Origin: a virus | Lineage: Duplodnaviria > Caudoviricetes | DNA length: 64,000 nucleotides | Virus record (IMG/VR): IMGVR_UViG_2639763148_000001 | Coordinates: 4,351 to 68,350 of that record | Direction: 5' to 3' (one strand) | Shown here: positions 27,601 through 36,109 of the stretch, piece after piece | Layout of the letters: every line of letters begins with the position of its first letter | Numbering within the stretch: position 1 is the stretch's first letter | Program-made: the position numbers and the translations under genes | The notes under the pieces: generated by a model | What the model was told of the DNA's origin: nothing | The model's input: the letters and a program-made list of their open reading frames with translations, nothing else | Databases searched by the model: none

Positions 27601-28430
27601 TCCTCGGATTCGAAGACGTCGAGGCGCGGCGAGGGTTCGGATTCGAAGGCGGAGGCCCGCATCTGGGGTGCGACTTCGAGGCGGCAGCGGCAGTTGATGA
27701 CCTCTCCGGCCGGTGCGGTCGGGTCGCCGGGTGCCTGCATCGGCACGCCGCCGACGGTGAACGGCTCGGCGAGGAGGGCGATCTGGCCGTCCACCGCATC
27801 GTGGGTGGCCCGCACCTTCGTGTCGTGCCGCGTCACCCACTGCTTGATCAGGGGCCGGTCAGGGCCGGTCATGTCGCGGGCGGCGGCCAGCGTGCTCATG
27901 TTCCACGCCCGGGTGGCCTCGGTCTGGGCGATGCGCTGCTCGCGGGCCGGGCCGAGGGCGGCGCCGTCGCGGGCGAACGCGGCCCGGAGCCGGTCGCGGA
28001 GCTGGTCGGTGTCCTCTCCGGCCGCGATACCGGCGGCGAGCTCGGCGCGGGCGGCTTCGGCCAGGCGGTCGCCGACCGCGCCGAGGAGCCGCTCTGTCGC
28101 GGTGACGTACTGGGCGATGCCGTCGGGGAGGAGGCGGCCGTCGTCGTACCGGCCGGCGAGGTCGTCCCAGCCGTCGGGGAGTTCGGTCCCCGCGTCTTCG
28201 GCGGCGGCTTCTGCGGCGGTCTCTGCGGTGCCGAGGAGGCGCCGCACCAGGCCGGTGACCCGGGTCTGCCACATGCGGGCGATGCGGCTGACGGAGAACC
28301 GGGCCGCGACGAGTTCGGTGGCGTCGGCTACGGCGGAGGCGAACTCGTCGGCCGTGTCGGCGAGCGCGCGGGCGACCGCGTCCGTGAAGTCGGATTCCTC
28401 GCGGTCGAGCTGGGCGTTGCGGTCAGCCAC
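24633..28430 (-). CDS. Multidomain head protein: MuF + 2H phosphoesterase + capsid maturation protease-like + wHTH (1265 aa)
   Basis: GTG 28430 with GAGGAGG SD; MuF 'KQWVTRHDTKVRATH...EVINCRC'; 2H motifs HLTL and HVCA; wHTH 'SASDVAKTCGMPVSTARSHL...RLARGLY'. Confidence 0.78.
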   Translation of the reverse strand: MADRNAQLDREESDFTDAVARALADTADEFASAVADATELVAARFSVSRIARMWQTRVTGLVRRLLGTAETAAEAAAEDAGTELPDGWDDLAGRYDDGRLLPDGIAQYVTATERLLGAVGDRLAEAARAELAAGIAAGEDTDQLRDRLRAAFARDGAALGPAREQRIAQTEATRAWNMSTLAAARDMTGPDRPLIKQWVTRHDTKVRATHDAVDGQIALLAEPFTVGGVPMQAPGDPTAPAGEVINCRCRLEVAPQMRASAFESEPSPRLDVFESEENRVEAVTAAAGAYSGAMIALMPTPEDAARLALTVPGCEPAHELHLTLFYLGEGADWDPGHRADLVAGIRDRVEDLAQPLAARVFGANQWNADTDSPCWVYAVGDDRDVSRDDPRLENARWIAVNALEDMHRQPPIPTQHSPWQPHVCAAYSGSPDMLADLNERLGPVTFDRIRIAFAGEHTDIPLGPPKEAPMQDTETAAGIETRGWSTPDGTALAYENEETGDGRIFARGFLYWSDGPWPLQYADEMLMGHEGAELVGSIKEVTRNGDRIGGRGDIYLSRPAGADAVMLLEEGAPLGVSVDLDDVSVEFIDRTHRPEPEPAVARDEDEEWYAVASATFPSVSMLRLEDGSWIFTAQTAPEWTASGTVLSRAQQSVQIITGPGGRMTADAVNSLIGQAGTVTAAAGDPDTGDGLVIHSQNTGDLLMRVTRARLRGATLVAMPAYNRARIVLDPVGDLAASAVGDLELPVHDNPDQRWDGPGAKKRILAYATDDEDQVDADKLAQAYLYRDDEADPATASAYKLPFADVFDGELHIVPAGVYTIASVLQGGMGGVDLPPDDRDAIKKRVETLYARIGKALGDDSIRPPWTEEGGDEGAAAPKAAAASSEGHEQVVTFVRTSPVPVSASDVAKTCGMPVSTARSHLARAAEAGRLVRLARGLYVGPSSIPEGPDVTAAAVEEPEDELVASAWTAMNDMPPLPAAWFAEPTAEELPPGSGGVHYANGRVYGWVAQAGEPHAGIPGKKVTIDGLGAIDLTHFLRARFPLDDGTTMRVGAMTMNVGHHRDSSECETAACQFDNTRTVAAIVTVGMSAGGMWFSGAAAPWLSEWDRQVFAACQPSYHLRQAKPGGKWQLRAVLTVPVPGHSSPLLASVAERSNLAIAASAATVDTATDIAPDSPDTEPGQAPDAPDTATAQAADQAGQRPDGVGGAVAEAVAAVLMNPAVLDELAQAVEIRTQVRAQARAEIAALSEQVLTPAPKPTTTAPEGA

Positions 28431-28668
28431 GGGGGTCGATCCTCCTCGCTGGGAGCGGGTTCGCGGGGTCCTCGCAGACCTCGCACCAGGCCAGGACACC
28501 CGCCGTGGTGACGCCGTGGGAGGTGAGGAGCAGCAGGTCGGCGGTGATGCTGGTCCAGGCCCGGCAGTCGGCGCACCACGCTTCTCGGGCCGTGCCGGGG
28601 TGGAGGGCCACGTCTTCGGTGACGGGCTTGCCTATCTGGGCGGCCCGGCGGCCGGGGCGGCCGCTCAT
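28423..28668 (-). CDS. Small zinc-finger protein (81 aa)
   Basis: ATGA overlap with the portal stop; WCADC...WCEVC. Confidence 0.65.
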   Translation of the reverse strand: MSGRPGRRAAQIGKPVTEDVALHPGTAREAWCADCRAWTSITADLLLLTSHGVTTAGVLAWCEVCEDPANPLPARRIDPRG

Positions 28669-30419
28669 GCTGCGGCTCCCGCGCAGGCGCCGATCACGCC
28701 GGGCACCAGGCCGAACTCGTGGCTGACGCCGGCGGCGATGAGCTCGCGCGTGTATTCGTCGAGGGTGGCGGTCAGGCACTCGGGGTCGAGGCCGTACCGT
28801 TCGGCGATCTCGGGCGCCCGCGTCCAAGCGCCATCGAGGAGCCGCCACTGCTCGACCTGGTCCGCGCCGACGGTCAGGACGGTGTGCAGGCGGGCCGAGA
28901 CGACTTCGCGGGAGCGGGCGCGCTCGGAGCGGGGGCACGCCGGGGTCTTGCGGAGCTTCTCCCCGGCCGCGGTGAGTGCTCCCCAGATCAGGCCGTCTGC
29001 GGCGGCCAGGAGGCCGTCGCCGAGGCGCGCGGCTGCCGAGGCGGGCAGCGTGTCCGGCGGGGCTTCGGACTCGTCGACGGGCAGCTCGGGTGACGGGGGC
29101 GAGTCCTGGCCTCGGCCGGCGTCCGTCTCGTCAGCGGGCGGGGTCTCGGGCGGGGTCTTCTTGGCGGGTTCGGCCACGGTGGGGGCGTCGGACTCGTCGA
29201 AGCCGGTCTCCCGGCGGAGAGCCTGCGGGGAGATCACGCCTCGGTCGTACGCCTGCAGCGCGGTCTCGGAGCGGTTGGTGCGCACCCGGAGCGGGGCGGT
29301 GTCGTACCAGACCAGCCAGCGATGCCAGTCCTCGACTTTCTCGAATTCGAGGATCGGGCGCAGCCACTGCTGCGTGAGCGCGTAGGAGACCGTGGCGAGC
29401 TTCGGCTCGATGCCCAGATTGATCGCTTCGGCGGTAAGCGCCCACTGGCCCCAGTGGTTGACGTCGCCGAGGCCGAGGAGGATCTCGGCGGGGATCTCCA
29501 GGCCGATCGCGAAGCGCCGTACGGCCTCTTCGCGGAGCTTGAGGGCTAGATCGTCGAACTCCGACTCGAACTTGATCAGCTTGAACTCGGCGATGGCTTC
29601 GGCCGGGAGCTCCAGGATGATCGGGACCGTCGCGGCAGCCGACTCGGGGTCGCGGATCGCCGTCTCGGCGATCGTCATGAAGACCTCGATCAGGTCGTCC
29701 TCGGCGTCCGACTGCCCGGGCGCCGTGGGGAACCGGACGCCCTTGGGGACGAGGAGCAGGCCGCGGCCGGTGAGCCTGGACCTGGTGATCGCTCGTACGG
29801 CCGCGTTCAGCAGGAGCAGTTCCTCAAGCAGGTCCATGCTGGAGCGGACCGCGCTGTCGGCCTCCATCGACCGCTCTGGGTCCGGTTCCCACACGCGGAT
29901 TGCGACTGGCGCGTCGGGGTCCATGTTGTCGGGATCGCCTTCGGGAACGGCGACGTCGTCGCCGTCGACTTCGGCGATGAGCTTCCCTGCCTGCTGGCGG
30001 ACCTCCCGGATGGACAGGACCCGCCAGTCGTGGCCGTCCTCGGGGGAGAACGGGGACAAGACTTCCGAGTTGGGGCGGACCAGGATCCAGCCCTCGCCGG
30101 GTACGGTCAGGTGCTTCCCGAACGCGGCGAGCATCTTGCCCTGGCCGTCGGGGCCGCCGGCGATCTGCGAGACGATCTCCTGCGCACGGTGCCCGGGCGG
30201 GGCGGGCTCGATCGTGCCGTCGTCGGCGCGGCGGCCGGCGAACAGGCGGGCCCTGCCCATGGCGTTGCCCATCCAGGAGGCGGCGAACCGGACCTCGGGG
30301 ACGGCGTGGTACATGTCGAACGAGCGGTACTGCCATCCCTGCTGTCCGTTGCCGTTGCTCTGGCGCTTGATCTTCCGGGACACGTACCGCGACGACGCCG
30401 CGGTGATCTGCTTGGCCAT
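28665..30419 (-). CDS. Portal protein
   Basis: 584 aa between terminase and head genes; 'VPEVRFAASW', 'HLTVPGEGW', 'PAEILLGLGDVNHWGQW'. Confidence 0.85.
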   Translation of the reverse strand: MAKQITAASSRYVSRKIKRQSNGNGQQGWQYRSFDMYHAVPEVRFAASWMGNAMGRARLFAGRRADDGTIEPAPPGHRAQEIVSQIAGGPDGQGKMLAAFGKHLTVPGEGWILVRPNSEVLSPFSPEDGHDWRVLSIREVRQQAGKLIAEVDGDDVAVPEGDPDNMDPDAPVAIRVWEPDPERSMEADSAVRSSMDLLEELLLLNAAVRAITRSRLTGRGLLLVPKGVRFPTAPGQSDAEDDLIEVFMTIAETAIRDPESAAATVPIILELPAEAIAEFKLIKFESEFDDLALKLREEAVRRFAIGLEIPAEILLGLGDVNHWGQWALTAEAINLGIEPKLATVSYALTQQWLRPILEFEKVEDWHRWLVWYDTAPLRVRTNRSETALQAYDRGVISPQALRRETGFDESDAPTVAEPAKKTPPETPPADETDAGRGQDSPPSPELPVDESEAPPDTLPASAAARLGDGLLAAADGLIWGALTAAGEKLRKTPACPRSERARSREVVSARLHTVLTVGADQVEQWRLLDGAWTRAPEIAERYGLDPECLTATLDEYTRELIAAGVSHEFGLVPGVIGACAGAAA

Positions 30420-30754
30420 CAGCCCTCCTTGCGGGAGTCATCCCACCGGTTCAGGAGGACCGCGGCGCCGGCGACGGCCAGCCACTCGAAGCCGTGGACG
30501 AGCAGCGGGTCCTGATGCCACTGGTCGGTGACGACCAGCCAGACGGCCAGGAGGGCGCCTGCGATCCACCAGCCGGAGCAGTAGACGCACGAGATCAGCG
30601 TGACCACGCTCTCCCGGAACACGGAGTGCGGGCGCCGCTGCTGCCAGGCGTCGAGCCGCACCCGGGAGCCGTCGAGCAGCGAGTCATGGACGACGAGCTG
30701 CGTCGCGCGGTACCCGGCGAGCGCCAGGAGGGCGATGTTTTCGGGGCTGATCAT
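30419..30754 (-). CDS. DUF1360-like membrane protein
   Basis: 'YRATQLVVHD', 'LISCVYCSGWW', two hydrophobic helices. Confidence 0.7.
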   Translation of the reverse strand: MISPENIALLALAGYRATQLVVHDSLLDGSRVRLDAWQQRRPHSVFRESVVTLISCVYCSGWWIAGALLAVWLVVTDQWHQDPLLVHGFEWLAVAGAAVLLNRWDDSRKEG

Positions 30755-30855
30755 GGGCGTCCCCTGTGGGAGGTCATCCGGCCGGGTTCAGCGGTGGATG
30801 ATAGGCCATCCGCAACAGGGCAGTCCGACGCATCAGCGCAGGTCAAGCCCGGTTT

Positions 30856-31113
30856 TCAGATCACAAACAGGCCGGGCTCGCCGTCAGGGCAGTCAGGAGC
30901 AGGGCCGTCGAGGTCGAACATGAGCTGCGCGACGGGGAGCTCGATGTCCACGAGCTCCAGGGACCCGGCGCAGGACACGAGGACGCCGTCGGCATCTCGG
31001 CGGATGCCGGGGGCGTCGTGCCGCCAGAGTCGACCCTTGCTGATTCGTCCGGCGACGGGGCCGGCCGCGACGGGCCGGCCGCACTTACCGCACTCCACGC
31101 GTGGCAACTTCAT
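30856..31113 (-). CDS. Small zinc-ribbon protein (85 aa)
   Basis: MKLPRVECGKCGR...RH...CAGS. Confidence 0.6.
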   Translation of the reverse strand: MKLPRVECGKCGRPVAAGPVAGRISKGRLWRHDAPGIRRDADGVLVSCAGSLELVDIELPVAQLMFDLDGPAPDCPDGEPGLFVI

Positions 31114-31351
31114 CACCAGGCCAGTGTGACGGGCGGCAGCTTCCTCGCGCTGGGGTAGCGGAGGCCCACACCGGGCTCCCCGCGCCAACGGGACCTTGAG
31201 CCGGTGCGGCCCTCTGCCTTGCAGCCTCCGTAGTCAAAAAGGAGATAGCACGGACCGTATGGCAGAGGCCCACCCGGGGGGAAGCAGATCGCGGAAGCCT
31301 GAACGCGGTGAGCCAATGTCCCCGACTCGCCGCATGGCGTGAGGTGCGCTC

Positions 31352-31636
31352 CTAGGCCAGGTCGGCCGGGAGCGGGATGGTCACGGTCGCGGCCGCGAGG
31401 TCGCGCAGCCGGTCGATGTCTGCGGTCCTGGGGAGGCTGTCGGCGACCAGTCGGGCCTTGACCCGCTCCCTGGCCGCCTCGTCCAGGCCTTCGTCGCCGA
31501 GCAGGGCGTCCAGACGGTCCAGCATCCCTCCCAGCTGATGCAGGGACGCGGCGAACAGCGGGTCGTGCATGGCCGCGCGGGCCTGGGCCGGGTCGCCTGC
31601 GAGGCGGGCGGCGATGAGCTCACGAGAGGTCGTCAT
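31352..31636 (-). CDS. Hypothetical protein (94 aa)
   Basis: High-GC3 helical ORF from ATG 31636. Confidence 0.55.
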   Translation of the reverse strand: MTTSRELIAARLAGDPAQARAAMHDPLFAASLHQLGGMLDRLDALLGDEGLDEAARERVKARLVADSLPRTADIDRLRDLAAATVTIPLPADLA

Positions 31637-31665
31637 CCGGGCAGTGTCCCACCAGCCGCCACCGC

Positions 31666-34497
31666 TCACCTGCCGATCCTGCGCCCGTACATGCCGGCCG
31701 CCGGGGACTGCGTCCGGCTGCCACTGGGCTGCGGGGCCTGCGGGAGCGGGGCGTGGACGATGGCGCCCTTGTTCGCCTCCGGGATCAGGCCGTAGACCAA
31801 GATGCAGGAGGCGTCGATCCGGCCGGGGCTGTCGGGGTCCGTCGGCATCCAGGTGGCCCACTCCCGTTCCAGGTCGACGAACAGGCCACGGAGCCGGACC
31901 CGGTCCTGGACCATCTGCTGCGCCACCGGTTCCGCACGCAGCAGCTTGCCCTGCTTGGCGCGGACCGGGTCGATCAGCGGCATGAGGACCTTGGCCGGGA
32001 TCACGCCGTCGCGCTGCAGCGTCTCCCACGAGGTACGGATCGCGAGCTCGCACATGTCCCGGCCGAAGTTCCACTCCACGTAGATCACCGAGGCGTTCGT
32101 CTCGTAGGCGAGCTTGCAGGCCGCGGTGGACCAGTCCGCCGAGGACATCGGGGCCGACACATCGTGGGTGATCCACACACGCCCGTCATCACCGAGGAAG
32201 CCACCAACGACGCCCGCGGTGTCGCGGCCGCCGCCCGAGGGGTCGATGGCGACGGCGATCCGCTGCGGCTCGACCTGCGTGCCGCCGTCCCGGAGCATCC
32301 TCAGCAGCTCTTCGGACACGAGGGCACCCTCGGCGGGCTGCGGGTCGCCCTGGGCGAGGCTGTGCCAGTCCCGAACGATGGACGTGGCTTTCATGTCCGC
32401 CCACCAGGCCAGCAGCTTCCGCCGGTTCCGGGTCGGGATCTTCGGGTGCGTCAGCGGCTCGCCGTCATCGCGGCCGAGCGGGTCCGGCCCGAACTTGCTC
32501 GGGTTCGCGATGGCGGGCAGGTGGACGACCTTCCACCGGCCGCCCTCCTCGATCCTGCCTTCCTCGGAGAGGCGGCGGCCGGCCCAATCGTCGGGGTGCC
32601 AGCGGGTCTGGATGCCGACCACCGCGTTTCGGTCCGGCTGGAGGCGCTTCAGGGCGGTGCTGGAGTACCAGTCGTGGAGCGCGTTGCGGGACGCATCGGA
32701 CTCCGCGTCCGCGCGGTCCTTGTGAGGGTCGTCGATGATCAGGCAGTTGTGGACGAGTACCTGGCCTGCAAAGAAGTTGCTCGCTCCTTCCACTTGGAGG
32801 TCGTAGACGCGGACGCGGTCACCGCGTACTGGGCGAACCACGGCCACGGCGTCGAGCTCGACTTGTGGTGCACCGCGTGGCACGTCTTGCAGAGGCTGAC
32901 CAGGTTCTCCGGCCGGTTGTCCCGCACGTCCTCGCTGATGTGGTGCACGTGGAACGTCGTCCGAAGCACGCCCTTGCCCTTGCGGACGACCCGCATGAAC
33001 GTCTCCGGGGCGTTGCAGGCGACGCAACGCCGACGATCCCGCTCGAGGATCAGCGGGCGCATCGCCCGGAACCAGGCCGCGTACGAGGTGCCGTCGGTGT
33101 ACCGCGAGTTCCCCTCCCCCGTCATCCGGGCCGCGTGCGCCTCGTTCGCGCACTCCCGGGAGCAGTACGCCGTGCGGCTGCTCTTCGGCCGGAACGCCTT
33201 CGAGCACCGCGCACATGCCTTGTCCGGGAGCGTCCGGCCGAGGCCCTTCCTCGGCGGGTGCTGCTCCTTGCAGGCCGGTGAGCAGTAGCGGACGTGCCGC
33301 CACTGCTGGTTCGGCATCGAGGTGCCGCAGCCGACGCACGGCCGGGTCGTGGACCTGGCCTCGTCCCGGCAGGCCGTCGAGCAGGTGACCGTCTTCACCC
33401 CGCGCCGGATCTTCTTCGCGTGGTCCGCCTGTGGGAGCTGGAACTCCTTCTCGCACACGGCGCAGGTCAGCGTCACCAGGAACGCGGCCCGCCTGCACTC
33501 CGGCGAGCAGTACGTCATGCCGTCCCGCCGTGGCAACTCCTTCCCGCAGTGCTTGCACGCCGGCCGGGTCATCGCCCGAGCCGCGTTCGAGCAGGCTCGG
33601 CCGCAGTACGGCCCGGGCTTCCCCTCCCGCTGCGCCCGGGCCAGCACCGACGGCACCCGTCGGAACGTCTCGCCGCAGTGAACGCACGTCGCCTCGACCG
33701 TGGTCCGGCCCTGAGAGGAGCGCGTCGCCTGGCCGGAGGTCGGCGGCGGGGACGTAGCCGCGTCCGGGGACGAAGAAGCGGTGCTCGGGGGTGCATCGGA
33801 CGGCGCGGCCGGCCCGGGTGATGACTTCAAGGGTCTCCCTCTCGCTGACGCTGGTCGCGATGACGGGAGCCCAGATCGGACGGTCCTGGTCATGGTCGTA
33901 GGCGAGGACCAGGTCGTCCCGGCCGGAGTCGACGTACTCGCCGATGGGCACGACTCCGCCGGGCGTACGGATGAGCACGTCACCGGCCACACAGTTTACC
34001 GGATGGCCCGTCAAACCCTTGCCAACCGATACGGATCGGACGCCGCCGCCGGCCGTCAGCGTCCAGTCCTGCATCGCGCCCGATCCGGGCCGCAGCGTCA
34101 GGTCGTACTCATCGCCGTACTCCTCGACGTACGACCGGATCGTCTTGCCGCGCTTGAGCGCCAGGTCGTCGGAGTACGAGGCGATGGCGACCCGGTCCGC
34201 CGGGTACAGGCACAGCCACCAGAACGGGAACCACTCCCCTACCGTCGTGCTCTTGCCAACCTGCGGCGGCGTGAAGATCATCAGTCGGTCGTAGTCGCCG
34301 CGCACGACACCGGCGAGCGCCTCGCCGATGACCCTGATGTGCGGGCGCATGCGGAACGTCCGATCCATCCCGCGCGCTAGAGCGACCGGGTCGCGCAGCA
34401 AGTCCCGGCTCAGCGACCGTTTGGCCGCCTCCAGCCGCTGGAACACCGCCCCGTCGTCCAGGTGCTCCAGCCCATCGACGTGGTGCCCGCTGCTCAC
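31666..34497 (-). CDS. terL: Terminase large subunit containing an intein
   Basis: GTGA overlap with TerS; Walker A 'PPQVGKST', Walker B 'LIIDDP', 'QTRWHPDD', nuclease 'IDPSGG...SPGRIDA'. Confidence 0.93.
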   Translation of the reverse strand: MSSGHHVDGLEHLDDGAVFQRLEAAKRSLSRDLLRDPVALARGMDRTFRMRPHIRVIGEALAGVVRGDYDRLMIFTPPQVGKSTTVGEWFPFWWLCLYPADRVAIASYSDDLALKRGKTIRSYVEEYGDEYDLTLRPGSGAMQDWTLTAGGGVRSVSVGKGLTGHPVNCVAGDVLIRTPGGVVPIGEYVDSGRDDLVLAYDHDQDRPIWAPVIATSVSERETLEVITRAGRAVRCTPEHRFFVPGRGYVPAADLRPGDALLSGPDHGRGDVRSLRRDVPTGAVGAGPGAAGGEARAVLRPSLLERGSGDDPAGVQALREGVATAGRHDVLLAGVQAGRVPGDADLRRVREGVPAPTGGPREEDPARGEDGHLLDGLPGRGQVHDPAVRRLRHLDAEPAVAARPLLLTGLQGAAPAEEGPRPDAPGQGMCAVLEGVPAEEQPHGVLLPGVRERGARGPDDGGGELAVHRRHLVRGLVPGDAPADPRAGSSALRRLQRPGDVHAGRPQGQGRASDDVPRAPHQRGRAGQPAGEPGQPLQDVPRGAPQVELDAVAVVRPVRGDRVRVYDLQVEGASNFFAGQVLVHNCLIIDDPHKDRADAESDASRNALHDWYSSTALKRLQPDRNAVVGIQTRWHPDDWAGRRLSEEGRIEEGGRWKVVHLPAIANPSKFGPDPLGRDDGEPLTHPKIPTRNRRKLLAWWADMKATSIVRDWHSLAQGDPQPAEGALVSEELLRMLRDGGTQVEPQRIAVAIDPSGGGRDTAGVVGGFLGDDGRVWITHDVSAPMSSADWSTAACKLAYETNASVIYVEWNFGRDMCELAIRTSWETLQRDGVIPAKVLMPLIDPVRAKQGKLLRAEPVAQQMVQDRVRLRGLFVDLEREWATWMPTDPDSPGRIDASCILVYGLIPEANKGAIVHAPLPQAPQPSGSRTQSPAAGMYGRRIGR
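32739..33893 (-). CDS. Zn-finger-repeat HNH endonuclease nested in the +1 frame of the intein (start uncertain)
   Basis: Five CxxC...(Y/T)C(G/S)xxC repeats, then 'RDRRRCVAC...HVHHI...NRPENLVSLCKTCHAVHH'; protein-like from about 33705; ATG 33893 is the nearest in-frame start. Confidence 0.8.
   Translation of the reverse strand: MTRTVRSGLPSSRPASARGRPLKSSPGPAAPSDAPPSTASSSPDAATSPPPTSGQATRSSQGRTTVEATCVHCGETFRRVPSVLARAQREGKPGPYCGRACSNAARAMTRPACKHCGKELPRRDGMTYCSPECRRAAFLVTLTCAVCEKEFQLPQADHAKKIRRGVKTVTCSTACRDEARSTTRPCVGCGTSMPNQQWRHVRYCSPACKEQHPPRKGLGRTLPDKACARCSKAFRPKSSRTAYCSRECANEAHAARMTGEGNSRYTDGTSYAAWFRAMRPLILERDRRRCVACNAPETFMRVVRKGKGVLRTTFHVHHISEDVRDNRPENLVSLCKTCHAVHHKSSSTPWPWFAQYAVTASASTTSKWKERATSLQARYSSTTA
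32746..33993 (-). mobile_element. Intein (416 aa) in TerL just before Walker B
   Basis: N|CVAGD...block B 'CTPEHRF'...block F/G 'VYDLQVEGASNFFAGQVLVHN'|C. Confidence 0.92.
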
Positions 34498-35174
34498 GAC
34501 TCCTCGCCGCCCCCGCCCTCGTCCTCGTCTGCGTCTTCCTCGGCCGGGGGCGTCTCCTCGCCGCCGCCGGCTTCGTCGTCCTGGTCGCCGTCCTCGTCGT
34601 CGGCGCCGTTGACCGCGTTCAGCCGGCGGTTCACAGCGGCGGCCAGGTCGGCGAGCTCCACGCGGCGCTGGTCCTCCGGCATCTGCGCGAACGCTGCGAG
34701 CTGCGCCGCGAGCGGGTTCCCGCCCTGGCCCGTGATGGCGATCGTCTCCGTCGGATCGCCGAACAACACCCGCCGGTGCCGCATCGCCACGTCCATGAGC
34801 CGGATGAAGTCGCCCGGGGACAGCTCCTCGGCGCGCAGGGTGCTCAGGCGCTGGGCCAGCTTGCCGACCGCCGCCCCGAGGATCTTGGCGTCCGCTTCGG
34901 CGGCCCGGCGCCGCTCCTCCAGCCACGTCGCCTCGTACAGCCGGTCCAGGTGCCGGTCCCACGCCTCCACGCGCTGCCGCCACCGGAACTCGGAGGCGGT
35001 GTTCCTCACGTGCCCGGTCGCGAGCGTCAGGCTTTCCGCAGCTTTCACAAGGGTGCGGGCTCTGCCGAGGTCCCGGTACGTGGTGAATTGCCCGTGTCTG
35101 CGGGCTGACTCTCCGGGTTGGCGTTCCCAGGGGTCGAGGCTGGGGTCGAGGGCGATGGGCGCGTTCACGGTCAC
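34494..35174 (-). CDS. terS: Terminase small subunit
   Basis: 'PWERQPGES...F..YRDLG..R...WRQRVEAWD' motif; directly upstream of TerL. Confidence 0.8.
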   Translation of the reverse strand: MTVNAPIALDPSLDPWERQPGESARRHGQFTTYRDLGRARTLVKAAESLTLATGHVRNTASEFRWRQRVEAWDRHLDRLYEATWLEERRRAAEADAKILGAAVGKLAQRLSTLRAEELSPGDFIRLMDVAMRHRRVLFGDPTETIAITGQGGNPLAAQLAAFAQMPEDQRRVELADLAAAVNRRLNAVNGADDEDGDQDDEAGGGEETPPAEEDADEDEGGGGEES

Positions 35175-36109
35175 GGCTGCTGCTCGCTCGGGGCGTAGTT
35201 GCTGCCGGACAGGTACTCGCCTGCCAGGCGCTCCAGCAGGAGGTAGCCCTTGCCCTGGGCGATCTCGCCGCGTCCTTCTGCTGCGGCGATGGCCTTGTTG
35301 ATGGTGGCGGCGGCGGGGGCGGGCAGCATGCGGGTGCCGAGGACGGTTTCGAGGCCGACGAGTCCCTGGTGCAGGGGTTCGCCGTCTGGGGTCTGGTAGC
35401 CGGCTTGGAGGTCGGTGAGGTGGTTCTCGACGATGGCGAGGATGGCGTGGAGGGCGGTGGCGACGTTGCCGACCTTGTGGGCGGCGTGGGTGGAGGCGAG
35501 CGTGTCCAGGGTCTGCTCGTAGTCCGCGCGGGCGGCGAGCCAGGAGGCGTTCTGGCCGATGCGGGCCTGCTCGAAGGCCTCGCGGGCGGCTTCGAGTTCG
35601 GGGGGCAGGAAGATCAGGGAGACGGTCGCGAAGTCCAGGTTCGCCTCCGAGAGGCCTTCGGGGCTGACCTCGGCGAGGAGCTGGAGCGTTTCGTCGTCCA
35701 GGCCGGAGTAGGCGCGCCAGTCGACGTCGTCGAGCTCGTCGTAGAGCTGCTTGAGGGTGGCGGGGTCGTCCTGGCCGGCGATCGCGTTGTGCGAGAGCTG
35801 GAGCGCGACGAGCTGCTGGCGGGTCAGCTTCTCCTCGATGAGCATGCAGTCGATCTCGTCCAGGCCGGCGTCGATCGACGCCATCGTTCGGTGGTTCCCG
35901 GAGAGGACCAGCTCGGCGCCTTCCTCGTACTCGCCGCCGGAGTAGATCAGGGGGGTGGAGGTGAGGCAGCCGTCGCGGCGGACGTTCTCCACCAGCCGGT
36001 CGTACTCCTCCTTGCGCATGTACCGGGCGTTCACCTCCAGCCGGGTGAGCTCGCGGGGGTCGCGGCGGACGAGGGGGGGCCGGAACTGGGGGGCTGGGGT
36101 GTGCGTCAT
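35171..36109 (-). CDS. ParB/Srx-like N-terminal domain protein (312 aa)
   Basis: ATGA overlap; 'NARYM...LVENVRRDG...VLSGNHR...LSHNAIAGQDD'. Confidence 0.75.
   Translation of the reverse strand: MTHTPAPQFRPPLVRRDPRELTRLEVNARYMRKEEYDRLVENVRRDGCLTSTPLIYSGGEYEEGAELVLSGNHRTMASIDAGLDEIDCMLIEEKLTRQQLVALQLSHNAIAGQDDPATLKQLYDELDDVDWRAYSGLDDETLQLLAEVSPEGLSEANLDFATVSLIFLPPELEAAREAFEQARIGQNASWLAARADYEQTLDTLASTHAAHKVGNVATALHAILAIVENHLTDLQAGYQTPDGEPLHQGLVGLETVLGTRMLPAPAAATINKAIAAAEGRGEIAQGKGYLLLERLAGEYLSGSNYAPSEQQP

Noticed and set aside
32746-33993. TerL as a pseudogene or interrupted by a group I intron
   Set aside because: The frame is continuous and has canonical intein terminal residues (C1, HN, C+1).
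34498-34983. ORF-track N-terminal extensions (TerL to 34983; also 35171-37684, 11633-14599, 47411-49081, 59986-61059)
   Set aside because: Off-frame overlaps with real upstream genes; the true starts are marked by SDs or ATGA/GTGA overlaps. Unlike the intein case, only one frame is protein-like.
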